This document shows, one piece after another, positions 24,001-36,700 of a DNA stretch of 64,000 nt. Both the position numbers and the translations under genes were made by a program. Position 1 is the stretch's first letter, and each line of letters begins with the position of its first letter. This DNA comes from Macrostomum hystrix (taxonomy: Eukaryota > Animalia > Platyhelminthes): NCBI GenBank assembly GCA_950097015.1, contig CATNEN010000007.1, forward strand, positions 9,052,001-9,116,000. Direction: 5' to 3'. A model generated the notes under the pieces. That model was not told the DNA's origin. It searched no databases and saw only the letters and a list, made by a program, of their open reading frames with translations.

Positions 24001-26508
24001 GTCTCAGCCAATCACACCGGAGAAGCATTCGTCACGGAGGTGAGTAGCTTTGCTGTTTAGCTGATTGAGCAGTTGAAGAGTTTGACGGCAGTGAATAAGA
24101 CCAGCTTATTTGGCTATTGCATGCATTGTAGAAGCAAGCCGGAGACTCAGCAGGAACAGAAACCAACAGAAACTAACAAGAGCGATGGAGCCACCAAGGT
24201 GAGCATACTCAAGGAATTCCATGTCTATAACAAGGAAATATGGGTTGTTCTAGGTTATTATTGTTATCTGAAGCCTGTGTATCCAGTGTATTTGGACGCC
24301 CCGATGTTTTGCCAGACCATTTCATATGTGACTTTGAGTCGGCGGAAAATCTGATGTTCTTCCAATGCTGTGCTCATGCTAAATAGCTCATAAAATCGCA
24401 TTCTCCCTCGAAAAAAGCGGCACGAAGCGGACGAGTTTTACGAAACCGAACCTGGCGAGTTCGGCAGCGAGGGCGGACAACCACCTCGGCGACGCGACAG
24501 CGATAGAGTCTCCGTTGAGGAGGTTTGATGGACGCTATTAGAGGAGTAGCGACTGAATGCATGACGGACTCTTAGAGACATGCGCTTTGTAGCTTTTAGC
24601 ACAATGGAATAAATCTGCGAATTTTGTTAGGCGCATAGAAAGTTAGCTGGGGCGATTCTCTGAACCCGATCACATCTACGTGGGTTGTGGCGACGGCTCT
24701 GGTGTCATCTGCTCAACGCTACATCTTGATTCAATGCCCACAAGAACTTACTTTCGATTCAGTACTAAGTGCACGGTCAAACAAGTTTTTCTCCGGAGTT
24801 CACACAATGAGCATGCACCGCACTGCGCATCGCATGTCGTGCACCTGGTTTTGGCCCTTCATTGTTTATTCTTGTATACAAAAGTAGCCATATACTTTTT
24901 GCTACGCTTCCACTTTAGTAGAAGTTTCCTAGAATATGCTTCTTGGCTTTTTGTCCCGCTTGAGAACAAGCAGCCGCTCCGGGAGCGGTCCACAGCGCCC
25001 CGTCATTCCGCAACAATCAGTCGCTACCCATCCCGCCCGAAGGCCGAGAAGGAGAAGGCGGCCGGCCAGATCCAGGCCAGCATCCGCGGCTTCGAGAGCC
25101 GCAAGGCGGCCGCGGAGAAGCAGGCGGGCGGCCCGGTTAGCATCAAGCCGGAGCCCGCCAACTCAAAGGCGAACAAGCAGCCGGCCAAGCAGCAGCCCAG
25201 CAAGGAGGAGAAGGAGAAGGCGGCCAGTGCTATTCAGAGCAGCGTCAAGGGCTTCGAGGCTCGCAAAGTAACTGCCGCCAAAGTGGCCCAGCGACCTATT
25301 GAGTTGCAGAATGACCCGGCCAATTCCAAGAAGCAGCGGCAGCAGCAGCAGCAGAAGGCACAGAAGAAGCCGATGACGGAGGAGGAGAAGGCGGCCGCCA
25401 AGTCCATCCAGGCCTCTGTGAACAGCTACAAGACTCGTAAAACTGTCGCCAAGCAGGAGGCCAGCAAGGTTGCTGTCGGCGGCGGCGGCGGATGAGCCCA
25501 AGCTCATCCTTCCACGCCAGTTCGCTTAAACCCAACCACCGACCCGTGTCCACAATGCGCCTTGTCCATAGACTGATCCCCAAAAATAAATTCTCAGCCC
25601 AATCCTCTCTGGTAGGTGTTCGCGCCCTTGGCCTCGCAAGCATTTCTCTCTAACTACCTTCCTCTAGGGGAGATAACAGCCGTGCTCTGTGTGGCTGCAT
25701 GCAAAGCTAAACTCGCATTGCACTCACAATTTTAACTAAATGACAGTGGTTTTTAACATCAGACTAAAAGATATTTTGTGTGCTAGCTTTAACAGATTTT
25801 ATATCGTCACATTCATGCGCAGGTGCAGTCTAACAACTTTAGCCCCGTAACCAACCACCGGGGTCAGCAGCACCAAAACGGCGCCACCTACAGAGCGCAG
25901 CCCAAGCAGGAGACTGAGAAGCGCAGCTCGGAGGATGGCCACGCCAGCAGCTATGAGGTATTGCGCCATTGCCACAGACCCTCCAGTTCCTAAGCCACCG
26001 ACTAACAGATGAACAATGCATTCTAAACCAATTGATGAAGCTAATTATTATTCCTCTAAAAGGCTCATCCATTCTCTTTCACGTACATTCAACAAATCGA
26101 TCTTTAAACGTTTTTTAATGTCTAGTTACTAGTGTTGACCACAACTAGTAACACCGCTAGTAACTAGTTACTAGTCTAACTAGTAGCTAGTCTAACTAGT
26201 CTAGCTAGTCTAACTAATAACTAGTAACACTAGTAACATTAGTAACACAACGCCGCTTGACAACCAGGGTTTCCTAGACATTTGAAAACAACCAGACCCA
26301 ACCAATCAGGTTTCAACTCGGGGTTGCTGCAGGCAATTCTAGGAAGCCAATCTGAATCATAAGCGTTTCACTTCACAACTTCCAGGACCCGATCTACCAT
26401 CAGGCGGCCACGAAGATCCAGGCCTCCTATCGGGGTTACAGAACCCGCAAGCAGATGCCGCAGATACGGCAGCAGCAGCAGCAGCAGCAGCAGCTCAGCA
26501 GTTGGTGA
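21063..26508 (+). CDS. DCDC2-like tandem doublecortin-domain protein with C-terminal IQ motifs
   Basis: Exons 21063-21439, 22114-22240, 22338-22432, 22537-22671, 23120-23266, 23983-24039, 24132-24198, (24418-24522), ~24965-25468, 25823-25957, 26386-26508; phases consistent. DCX1 YIFRNGD...HYVALARGERF; DCX2 VYRNGD...LFDING...HYVAAGHEPF. IQ motifs IQASIRG, IQSSVKG, IQASVNS, IQASYRG. Confidence 0.85.
21800..22032 (-). mobile_element. tRNA-derived SINE family A (DCX gene intron 1)
   Basis: Colinear similarity to 55301-55596; the minus strand starts with a tRNA-like head (TAGCAGAGCG...CTCAATTCC). Confidence 0.75.
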
Positions 26509-27731
26509 GTTGAAAGTTGCAATTTCTCTTCTATAGATTATCCGACGCAATTTTTATTGCCGACGCAAATTCGCATTTCAGACTGTCGCGGCCTCCCAGT
26601 CACTCCTCTGATGCAGAAGCAGATTTTGGTTAAAATAAGCTAGTTTTTTCTCCCGAATCCTCAGTGTAACAAATTCCAAATGATTTTGTCGCCTTACCTT
26701 TCCTTTGTCTTTTATTAACTTTAGTGCTGCATGTTGTCGGACAACTTCAAATAGTTTTTGTGAAGTCTTTGTTTTTAATCTTCGCTAATTATTATCTAGC
26801 TTGATTGCCGATGATACCTGACTTCACAAACCTCAGTAGCCCACAGCTAGTGTCACCCGAGATACAAGATTCGTTCACTCTTTTCTCACCCGTTGCAAGA
26901 CCTGTACTGCTTACTCAATAGAAAATTTCTAATGAGAATTGTGAAACACCAGAAAAATACACCTGCCACAGAAAAATATTTTCTTTTGCTATTTCCGCAA
27001 CTTACCAATTTACCTGTATGTTCGCGTACAGTAGGTTCCCACAGTAACCAGCCAACTCTGCTTCACTGGTTGACACTCTGATCTGCAAGTTTTCAAGCCC
27101 GATACTTAATGCTTTTAAGAAAGCAATCAGCGATAAATACAAAGCAGCTCAGATAGTTGTGAGCTGAGTAACTCGGCCTCACTGAAAGTTCCTTACGAGA
27201 CTCAGCGGGTTTGTTTTGTTTTTATCATGGAACAACATTTTGCACAAATTTGCGGCACAACAGAACAGAGTAGCGTTCACGGGGAGCACACAGTTTGCGA
27301 GCAGAGTGATGAGAGCAGAGGGGGAACTGTTAGGGAATGGATATACATGTCAATGTGAAGCTTTAAGCACAGACAAAAATAGAAGAGCCAATTTTTTAAA
27401 ACATGAAGCACTGAATACTTGCCAATGATCCTACCGTGGCGACAGACAAGTGGGAAAAAAGCTGCAACAACAGGCGAGGAGTGACAACAGAGGGTATCAC
27501 GAAGGTGGCGCGATAATCACAAGTTTGACTTTGTTTGCACAATCCGTTTGGGATTTTGGAGTTCAAAAACGTTTAATTGGTCATAGAAAATAAGGGAAAA
27601 TCTAAATCGAATCCGGGCACCATTGTACTGGGACTTCTTCGTGAAACTGTGGCTGGACTCGCAAATTTAGTAATTTTCGCAAAATCGGTAATTCTTCACT
27701 GAATAGTTTTTGTGAGCGCAGACACGGCTGA

Positions 27732-30700
27732 CTAAATCCGCCAAGGTCGGTCGCGTAGGCAGGAGCCGACGCCTGAGCAGCTCGCACCGCCACGTCCGCT
27801 GCCGCTGCTACCAGCGCCGCCACCGACGCCCCGAGCTTCCATCGGTGCCGGAGGTGGGGGAAAGTCAAGCTGGTCCTCGTCGATGATTGACAGCTGCCGA
27901 CCGACGCCCAGGTCAGTGCCGATGACACCGACGGAGGCTGAGCGCTCCTGGTGCCGGTCCACCGGGGAGTCTGAGTCCGGGCTAAGGTCTACCTCTCGCA
28001 CGTCGCTGGATGACCGCGGCCGCAGATCGATGGCCAAGCTGAGGTGCTGCTTGCTGCTGCCGCCGCTGCTGCCAGCTCCGCCAACGGCTCCTGCGGCTTT
28101 AATGTCCAGAAATTTGTTTGGTAGCTTTTGCTGCTGCTGATGCTGATGCTGATGCTGCTGCGGCAGAAGAAGCGACGGCGCCTGCTGCGAATGAAGCCCC
28201 GGTGGATCCATCGAGTGCAATGTGGGCGACAGGGGCGGCGAGAAAGGGCCGGTGATTTTCACAATGTAGCCAAGCTCGCGAACTGCCGAACCTGCCTGCC
28301 CCAGCTCGGTGGGTTTTCTTGGCCGTCGCCGCGGAGGCACCGGCGGAGGTGCTGACGTTCCCACAGCTGTTGCCGTGGCAACTGGCGCCGAAGTTGTCGT
28401 GGCGCCTCGGATAAGAGTTCGGCGAGCGGCTGCAGCGGAGGCCGCAGTTGTAGCCGCCAAAGAGGATGATTGGCGGCGACCGATGGCGAGGCCCCCACCA
28501 CCACAGGCGGTGCAGGGCGTTGTTGATCGGACCGGTCTATCATCGGGGTACTCCTCGTAGTCATCATACTCGGCTTCTTCGTCTTCATCGCTTTCGCCGC
28601 CGTCTACTCCGCGGTGCCGTTGATGTAGCCGCTGCATCCGGCTGATGAGGCGGCTCTGTTGCCGGCAAGCCGACCGCGGCTGCCCACCTGGCTGCTCTGC
28701 ACCGCTGACGCCGACATGACCGCTAGCACCGCTACCGACTCCGCTTCTGACGGTCCGAGCAGTGACGGTGGTGCCGCTCACGGCACAGCCTCGGCTGCGA
28801 ACGCCGCCTCCACCAGCGCTGCTGCTGGCAACACCGCCGCCTCCAACAACTCCACCGCCACTTGCACCATCGCCAGTGGACATTGCCAGGCGGGACTTGA
28901 GCTTCTCCTGGAAGCGCTGCTGCGACTGCCGCAACTGGTCAAGCCAAGTGACCTGCGCGATTGTTTAAGAGTTTAATCACCAACAATTAAAGCATTTTTC
29001 TGGTCGGATAGTCGCAGGCTAAAATATTTGATTTAACAAGAATTAGTACAGAGAGGCTTGTTACCTTCTGCTGGTCGGTGGCCGTTTGCAGCGTATAAAC
29101 CCCGATGATCTGCTGGAACCGGCTGATGTGAATTAGGACGAATGCGTGCTTCAGTCCGTTCGCTGAGGGAGAATGTGAGTGGGCTGAATATGCGTAGGAT
29201 AGACTTGGAATGCCATAAACACTTTGGGCTGTGTTTGCATCTAGGTCTTCAGCGCAAATTCAACCAAAAGCGTTGCTAAGTAAACCGAGCAGTTCTAGGC
29301 AAAGCTTCGTGGCCTTAAGCACTTACAATACCATTGAGAATATTTAAGGACAAGCTTAATAAAATAGATACGGAGACCAAATGAACGAAAAGCGGTGAAG
29401 GTTACACCACAGTGAAATCTGCCCGCCTACTACGAGGTGTAGTTACTACGCAGGTCGGGCTGCCAGTCAGAGAAGGAGCAAACGGACCTCAGCTGTGCTT
29501 TTTGCAGTCAAGAACGGTACAACACATTTTTGTGATAGTAAAAACTGCAGGATCACATGTAATCCTTTGTAGAACTAGGAATGAGTAGCTCTCACGAGAA
29601 GCTGTGCCTCACAGTTCGAAAAAAGCAGTGCAGTTTAATCACCGGCCACCTATTGTTAGTAAAGCATAGCCAAAGCTCGCCTCGGCCTCAAGCAGTGAAG
29701 AGGCGTTCAAACTCAGACAGTCATAGAACTTGTGTATAATATATTCGATCGTGTGACAGTAGAGACTGGCGGTCTAACAAGTTGGATGCGAGTCAAACTG
29801 TTAAGGAAAACTGTTCACCAGGGAAATGAAGTGAACATTGTTAAGGTCCGGTCGTGGGCAGGGCTCGTGTTGCATGCTTCAAATCTTTCTTTCTAGTCGC
29901 ATGTAATCTCAACTCTATTTTTCTACTTCACGTGTGTTAAAACTATGCTTGTGCGGTCACTTTATGTTGCATAAAAACAGTTTTAGTGTTTAGCAGTGGT
30001 GCTTGAGTCTTCGAACGGTTTTAGTGCTAGTAAACTGTTTGGGATTCGAAAACCGTTCTGCGACGTTGGTAGATAGTTTCATGGCTCGCATTGTATACTA
30101 TCTTACGATCACGCAAATTATAACCTCATGGCTTGTACTCTACGGGGTCTAGTTCAGCTGCTAACTCGGGCCCGATAGTTCAATTGGTCTTGGTTATCGG
30201 CGACCTTCGGTACCTGTGCCAGCCACGGCAAGCTGAAGGGCCAGTCAACAGGGGAGGGCAACACAACAGATTGCGGTGGGCGGCTGAAATTGTGGAAAGG
30301 GGACGCCGTCGCACTCCCACCTGGTCCCTGAGACGGGTTAATGGCGGTGCAGTCCAGGACGCAATCTATTATAAATGATGTGTCGTGCAGCACGAGACTG
30401 TCTGGAGGACGGGCGGAGGTAATTAATTGCAGAGTAAAGTCAGCTGTAAGCCAATGTACGAGCATGTTTTCTCTCTCCGCAATGCGGTCAGCTGACTTTT
30501 ATCACCACCTAGAACCGATGATAGAAGTCTCAATAAGTCGAGTACTAAGAGAACAAGCAACGATGAGTTTATGATTCTAAAACTTAAAGGTGACATCGAA
30601 TTCTACAGAATCGCTTCGAAAAGCGTTTGGCAACAAGATGCTCAGAATATTCAACAGACGATGAACTAATTAGCGCTAACTGCGACCAATGTGATTTGAT

Positions 30701-33700
30701 TAGCAATTTCACCGAAACTGAGTGAAATATGATCAACTGTCTAGTGCGACACTGTAAAGAGATGGTAACGCCTTGCGCTCTGTGAGGGTCTGTTGCAGCG
30801 GTGGTCTAGCGGGCGTCCTTCAGTTATCTCTGATTGGCTAGCTACGCGTACTTTAAAATTTTCGTTCACAAAAACGCAAATTTATAAAAAAATGTGTTTA
30901 TTACTTAGGTCTACAAGGTGGCACAATGCGACACTGCTAGAAACTACAGCGAGACTGGTTGGATTTGAGGTGCGCGTAGCAAGGAACTCACATTCACGTC
31001 CGAAAAAAAACTAGCTAAGCAGGACATGATAGGACGAGATACTTATGGCTCTGAGCAGGGGGTCACCTCATGTGAGAAGCAAAAATGTCTAAGCGCGCAC
31101 TAGGGGGATTACGAAATCTAGCACGAAAAAATCATGAAAACTAAAAGACGTCCCAGTATAACTAGGTCAGGACTGAAGACGAAACCACAGGACTGTAGAT
31201 TCGCTGCGACTTTGCCTCGCTTTATTCGCGACTAATTTTCTCTTTATCTTTCTACATCTGAGTGCCTTCACCCCTGACCGCTTCGGGTTAGAGTCAGGGA
31301 CGTCTCGCAGGGCCCGGAGACCGGCTCGAGGCTAGCCAGGTCCCGGACTTACTGGGCAGCAGGCAGGTCTTATAACTGCCACTGGAGTAGCCGGACACTG
31401 GAACAGGTGCGTGAGAGCGTCGGGGCAGAGACCCGCTGAACGTTAGAGATACTTGGTGATTTCACAGCTCGGCTGTGCACTGAAATTATCTACTGATGCA
31501 ATCGAATCAGCACTGCCACCCGACCTGGTGGGACAGTGCCCCTCGATAACGACATTGAAACTCGTATGTTTTTAACTCGGCGAGGTTTGCCAACACATGA
31601 AAATGGTAAAATGGAGTTGAAAAAGCAAAAAATGGAACTTTCATGGTAGACACACAAACACACACAAACTAACAAACACACGGGTTCATCTCGCCGCAAC
31701 AGACCCTCGCCCAGGATTGAATAACGGAATGGGAGATGTTTTTATAATTCGTCCTTCCATAGATATTGAAAAATACAAAACTGTAAGTAGGAGAAAGAGA
31801 AAACATTTAGGGCATTTACAGGTTAAAAAACAGCGCGAATTTCTGTCATTCAATAGTGACAAGAATCCAACCAGTCATGTTAAACAGCTAATAAATTCTC
31901 GGTATGATCATTTGTGCTTGATAAACGGAAACTTGTAAGCCACCATAATGAAGGGAGAAAACTTATGGTTGAAAGCCGCATTTATAGGCCATATTTTTGC
32001 GTTCCCGCCGCTCTTACCGTTGGCCTCCACGAAGCCGATGTCATGAATGCTGAAGCGGTCCAGCGCGATGGGCTGCCGGTGCACAACCAGCAGGGCGCCC
32101 TCAGTTGGCGAGGCCGAGTACGCGGAGCTTTCCGAGACAGAGCGCTGAGGGGCGGGTCGGTGTCGATGAGGCCACGTGTATCATGCTCAAAGGAAGCTCA
32201 AAGTCTCTCAGCTCTTTGAGAAGTACTCATCCTTCTCGCACTGAAGCCATGAGGTATAAAGCTGCTCGGATCCACTCACCTTCTTGGGCGGCTTCTTGAC
32301 CTTCGTCAGCAGGAGAATGTCGTCGAACAGGAAGCAGTAGATTTCCACGCTTCGGTTGGTCTCTGCGGTGAGTGTGATCAATTTCTTTAAAAATCAGCTA
32401 TGAACAACACGTCGAATTTCTTTATTGATATGCATTCGATATGCACGATAAGTCTGACGAAAATAAACCACCTGCTTGGCAACATCGCTTCAATACAGAC
32501 TCACTCACCGACCAGACTGAGGAAGCCCTCGTGCACCAGCTGTCGCTTGGGATTAGCGATGAGCTTCTCACAGGGCTGGCTGCTCAGGCTGCTCTTGAGG
32601 AAGTCGGGAATGAACACTTTAGTTTCTAGCTCCGTGATTGGCGGCCAGATCAACTGCTGCTGAATGTTCTGAAGGCGCTCAAAGTTTCTCAGCCACTTCA
32701 GCTTGTCTTCGAGGCTCTCTGCAAAAGCGAGAGTTTCACTGGAATTGATTGCAAATAATTTTGAGACAGGAAAAACCTTGCTGCTTTCTTCATCTGAGTA
32801 ATCTGGACAACAACCCCACGCCCTGTAACCACCTCCCCATGAGAACGATACCGGCGTCAGAAGTCGTTATAGAAGCGTTTGAGTCGTTAGAGAAGCGTTT
32901 GAGTCGTTATAGAAGCGTTTGAGTTGTTTGAGAAGCATTTGAGTCATGTAAGAAGCCTATAGATAAGTAGAAGGATGAAAGTTACGCCTAGCAAAGTCGG
33001 CTAGGTTGAAACAAGTCTCCCTGTGCTGAGATTAGAACTCTGGATCTTTTAGTCAGAAGTCCGAAGCTCTAACCTCTAGGCTAGAAGCTCCCCAGGCTAG
33101 AAGCTCCCCAGGCTAGAAGCTCCCCAGGCTAGAAGCTCCCCAGGCTAGAAGCGTATGAAATGACTCTAACGCTTCTTGCCACAGTGCTGATTTCATCAGC
33201 CCTCACACTACCAGCAAACTGCTTAAACTCACTCAGCGAGTTCTCAACGCGCTTCAGATTCTCGGTGAGTAGCGCCCTGCTGCTGTCCTCTGCCGTGTAG
33301 CGCCGAATGCTGGCCAGGAGCAGCGGCATCTTCGTGCAGTGCTGCATCGGCGCCACCAGCAGGTCGGCAATCTTCAAACGATGGCAGCGCGGGTCCTGCT
33401 CGCACCACTGGGGAATCAAAAAGTTTGAGCAAGGATGGGTAACTTACAGCCAAAAACTTAGCAGACGTCCAACCCGGCTGTCGTTCACTATCATCCCTCG
33501 AACTTTAATGTATCTCCCCCCACATTTTCATTTTCCAAACCTTTTCAAACTCGGCGAACTGCTCGTGCCGCCGCAGGATCTCCAGGTAGGTAACGGCGCA
33601 GTGGTAGTTCAGGCAATAGTTGTGAAACACTTCACCGTCCTTAGAAGTCAGAATCCACTGAAGCGATTTTTAGTTTAGATCGGTACATAGGGAAAAGTTA

Positions 33701-36700
33701 AATAACATGAGAAGAATACTCAACCAACTTTCAATAATCGCTGTCATTTATTAAGGTCGGAAGAAGGCATTTTGTGTAAGACATCAAGCCAGGCCTCATG
33801 TCACTCACCCTCTTGTTTATGTCCTAATCCGGACATAATTAAACTTACCAGTCATGCCCCAACCACACTCTATCCTTCCCTCAAGAAGGAGACCTCCACC
33901 TGATGCCCCAACCACCCGATTTACTTCCCTCCAGAAGTAGACATCCACCCAACGCCCCAACCACTCTCTTTCCTTCCCTCCAGACGTAGACATCCACCCC
34001 ACACCCAACCACTCTCTTTCCTTCCCTCCAGACGTAGACATCCACCCCACACCCAACCACCCTCTTTCCTTCCCTCCAGACGTAGACATCCACCCCATAC
34101 CCAACCACCCTCTTTCCTTCCCTCCAGACGTAGACATTCACCCCACACCCAACCACTCTCTTTCCTTCCCTCCAGACGTAGACATCCGCCCCACACCCAA
34201 CCACCCTCTTTCCTTCCCTCCAGACGTAGACATCCACCCCACACCCAACCACCCTCTTTCCTTCCCTCCAGACGTAGACATCCACCCCACACCCAACCAC
34301 CCTCTTTCCTTCCCTCCAGACGTAGACATCCACCCCACACCCAACCACCCTCTTTCCTTCCCTCCAGACGTAGACATCCACCCCACACCCAACCACCCTC
34401 TTTCCTTCCCTCCAGACGTAGACATCCACCCCACACCCAACCACCCTCTTTCCTTCCCTCCAGACGTAGACATCCACCCCACACCCAACCACCCTATTTC
34501 CTTCCCTCCAGACGTAGACATCCACCCCACACCCAACCACCCTCTTTCCTTCCCTCCAGACGTAGACATCCACCCCACACCCAACCACCCTCTTTCCTTC
34601 CCTCCAGACGTAGACATCCACCCCACACCCAACCACCCTCTTTCATTCACATGCGCTGGGGACACCCACACTAACTATAAACCTTAAACTAAGATAAATA
34701 TTACCTCTTCTTGCTGATTTAGAACTAACTCAAAAGTTTATTTTCTAGTCACTTTTTAACGAGATTTTACCCGATTTTACTGGTTAATAAATCAAACTGT
34801 GCAATTTTATAAAATAATTCGAAATTTCGCATGACTTTGACGGACCCGTTTGAAAGCCTTCAGCAAGCCGGTCGTGGTGCCAAACTGACGCCTTCTGGCC
34901 TCCTTGGTGAGGATGGAGATCAAGTCCCGCGAGAAAGTGTAGCTCACCTAGCGATAGTTAGATGCAAGTTTATTATAACCACTCATCAAACTCATCAATA
35001 AAATGTTTGAAAGAAAGTTTGACTAAAAGCCCGTTGGACTACTGGTATTTAGTAGCAGATGTAGTAGCGAACTGACTATTTGTCTAACACAGAAAAATAA
35101 TGCTCTCTTACATAGCAGAGTTCGTCAATGTTGCCAAACAAGTCCTCAGGCTCCACGAACATCAGGTGACCGTCAACCTGAAGCTTCTTCAGTGGCTCAA
35201 AGAAGCACTGCGGGTCAGTGCAAGGGTGCTTCAAGTACGAAGAGGTTTTTAGCGTCTCAAATCCGGGTCAATTTCGATTGGTTTTGGATCGATTCCTGAT
35301 TAATCATGGATACGCTTTGCATGAAATTCGACCCTCTCAGACCTCACTCCAGATAGGTCTAGGCAAGGTCGTACCGGCATCGAGTCGGTAATCATATGTT
35401 TGAGTCGCTCCTATCAGTGGTACTGAAGTCTAACAGCCTGAATCTAACTTTAATTACTGGTTTGAGGATGAGCGAATGGGATAAAAATCCTGCTAAAAAG
35501 CTAAGTGATGGCTGTTCCAGGTTCTCTGACAGGAGGCGGCTCACCTGAAGCGGGCGGGGATATAATTATGAGCTAATTAGCGAGAACACAGCTGCTGATG
35601 GGGATGGGAGGTGCGTCATCTGACGCAGCTGCTCGTTCCCGATTCGCGGACTCATTGCGCAAGAGAAAACGCAAGAAGAATAAGCGGCAGCTGTAAAAGT
35701 GCATTGCGGACTGGAACCAGTCACGCAGGATGGCAGCAGTTGTGCCAGTAACGAGAATATGGATATCTTGCTGCCTAAAAACAGTCGCAACCCTGGGCTG
35801 AAATAATTGGAAGAAGCGGAACCGCTTTGGCCACTCTTAGAGGGTCCAATACAATGAAACTTTTATGCCACATTTAAACACGAATCTGTACCAGAACGAG
35901 CACTCAATCTCATGTCGACAGGGTTCACTTTTTAACTGAACTCCAGCCAGAAATTCCATTTCCCACTTGAGTGCTAAAAAATTGATGCAGCCGAGCTACG
36001 GGGTTCCCCCACCCAGCAACGGGGATCAGGGATGGCTTGAAGTAAAAAAACTTCCCCGCAAGAGGATTGTGATAAAAAAGAAAAACACGTGCTTTTTGGA
36101 GCACGACCCGCTGCAAGCTTTGCAAGCAGACAGAGTTCGAGTCACGGCTTTTACCTCCTCGATTCCACCTGTTGTGTCTTTGCACTCGCGTTGCCTGATT
36201 CCAGGCACCGTGGGTACTCTGACTTAAGAAAAGCGCTGCTCGGAAAGAGACTCATGAAAAACAGAAGGGTCATGCACACAGAGGCATGCAGGTACAAGCT
36301 CAAACAGGGGTGTACCGGTACATCCAATAATTTCACTGTGTAGACTACAAAAGTATTGACATTCAACCACCTCACTCCATCACCCACCTCACCCCATCAC
36401 CCACCTCACTCCAGTACGCACCTCACTCCATCACCCGCCTCATTCCATCACCCACCTCACTCCATCACCCACGTCACTTCATCACACACCTCACCAATTT
36501 TTTACCCACTTAATTCTAGCTCACTTCATTCGTTTACCCACTTGTAACCTTAAGCGCATCACACTGCTTCGATTCTTTTCACACGAGTAGTTTTAAAATT
36601 GTACTCACGTGCTTCAGCACCATCAGGTAATCAATCAGAAATTTGAGCTCAGATTTGAACAGCTCCCAGACGGCCTCGCGCCTCAATCGCTCCGTGTCCT

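Noticed and set aside
26120-26250. ACTAGT/CTAG-rich palindromic tract
   Set aside because: Low-complexity degenerate microsatellite in an intron; no further structure.
31160-31195. CTGAAGA-C-GAAAC hammerhead-like core
   Set aside because: Stems I and III cannot be formed convincingly.
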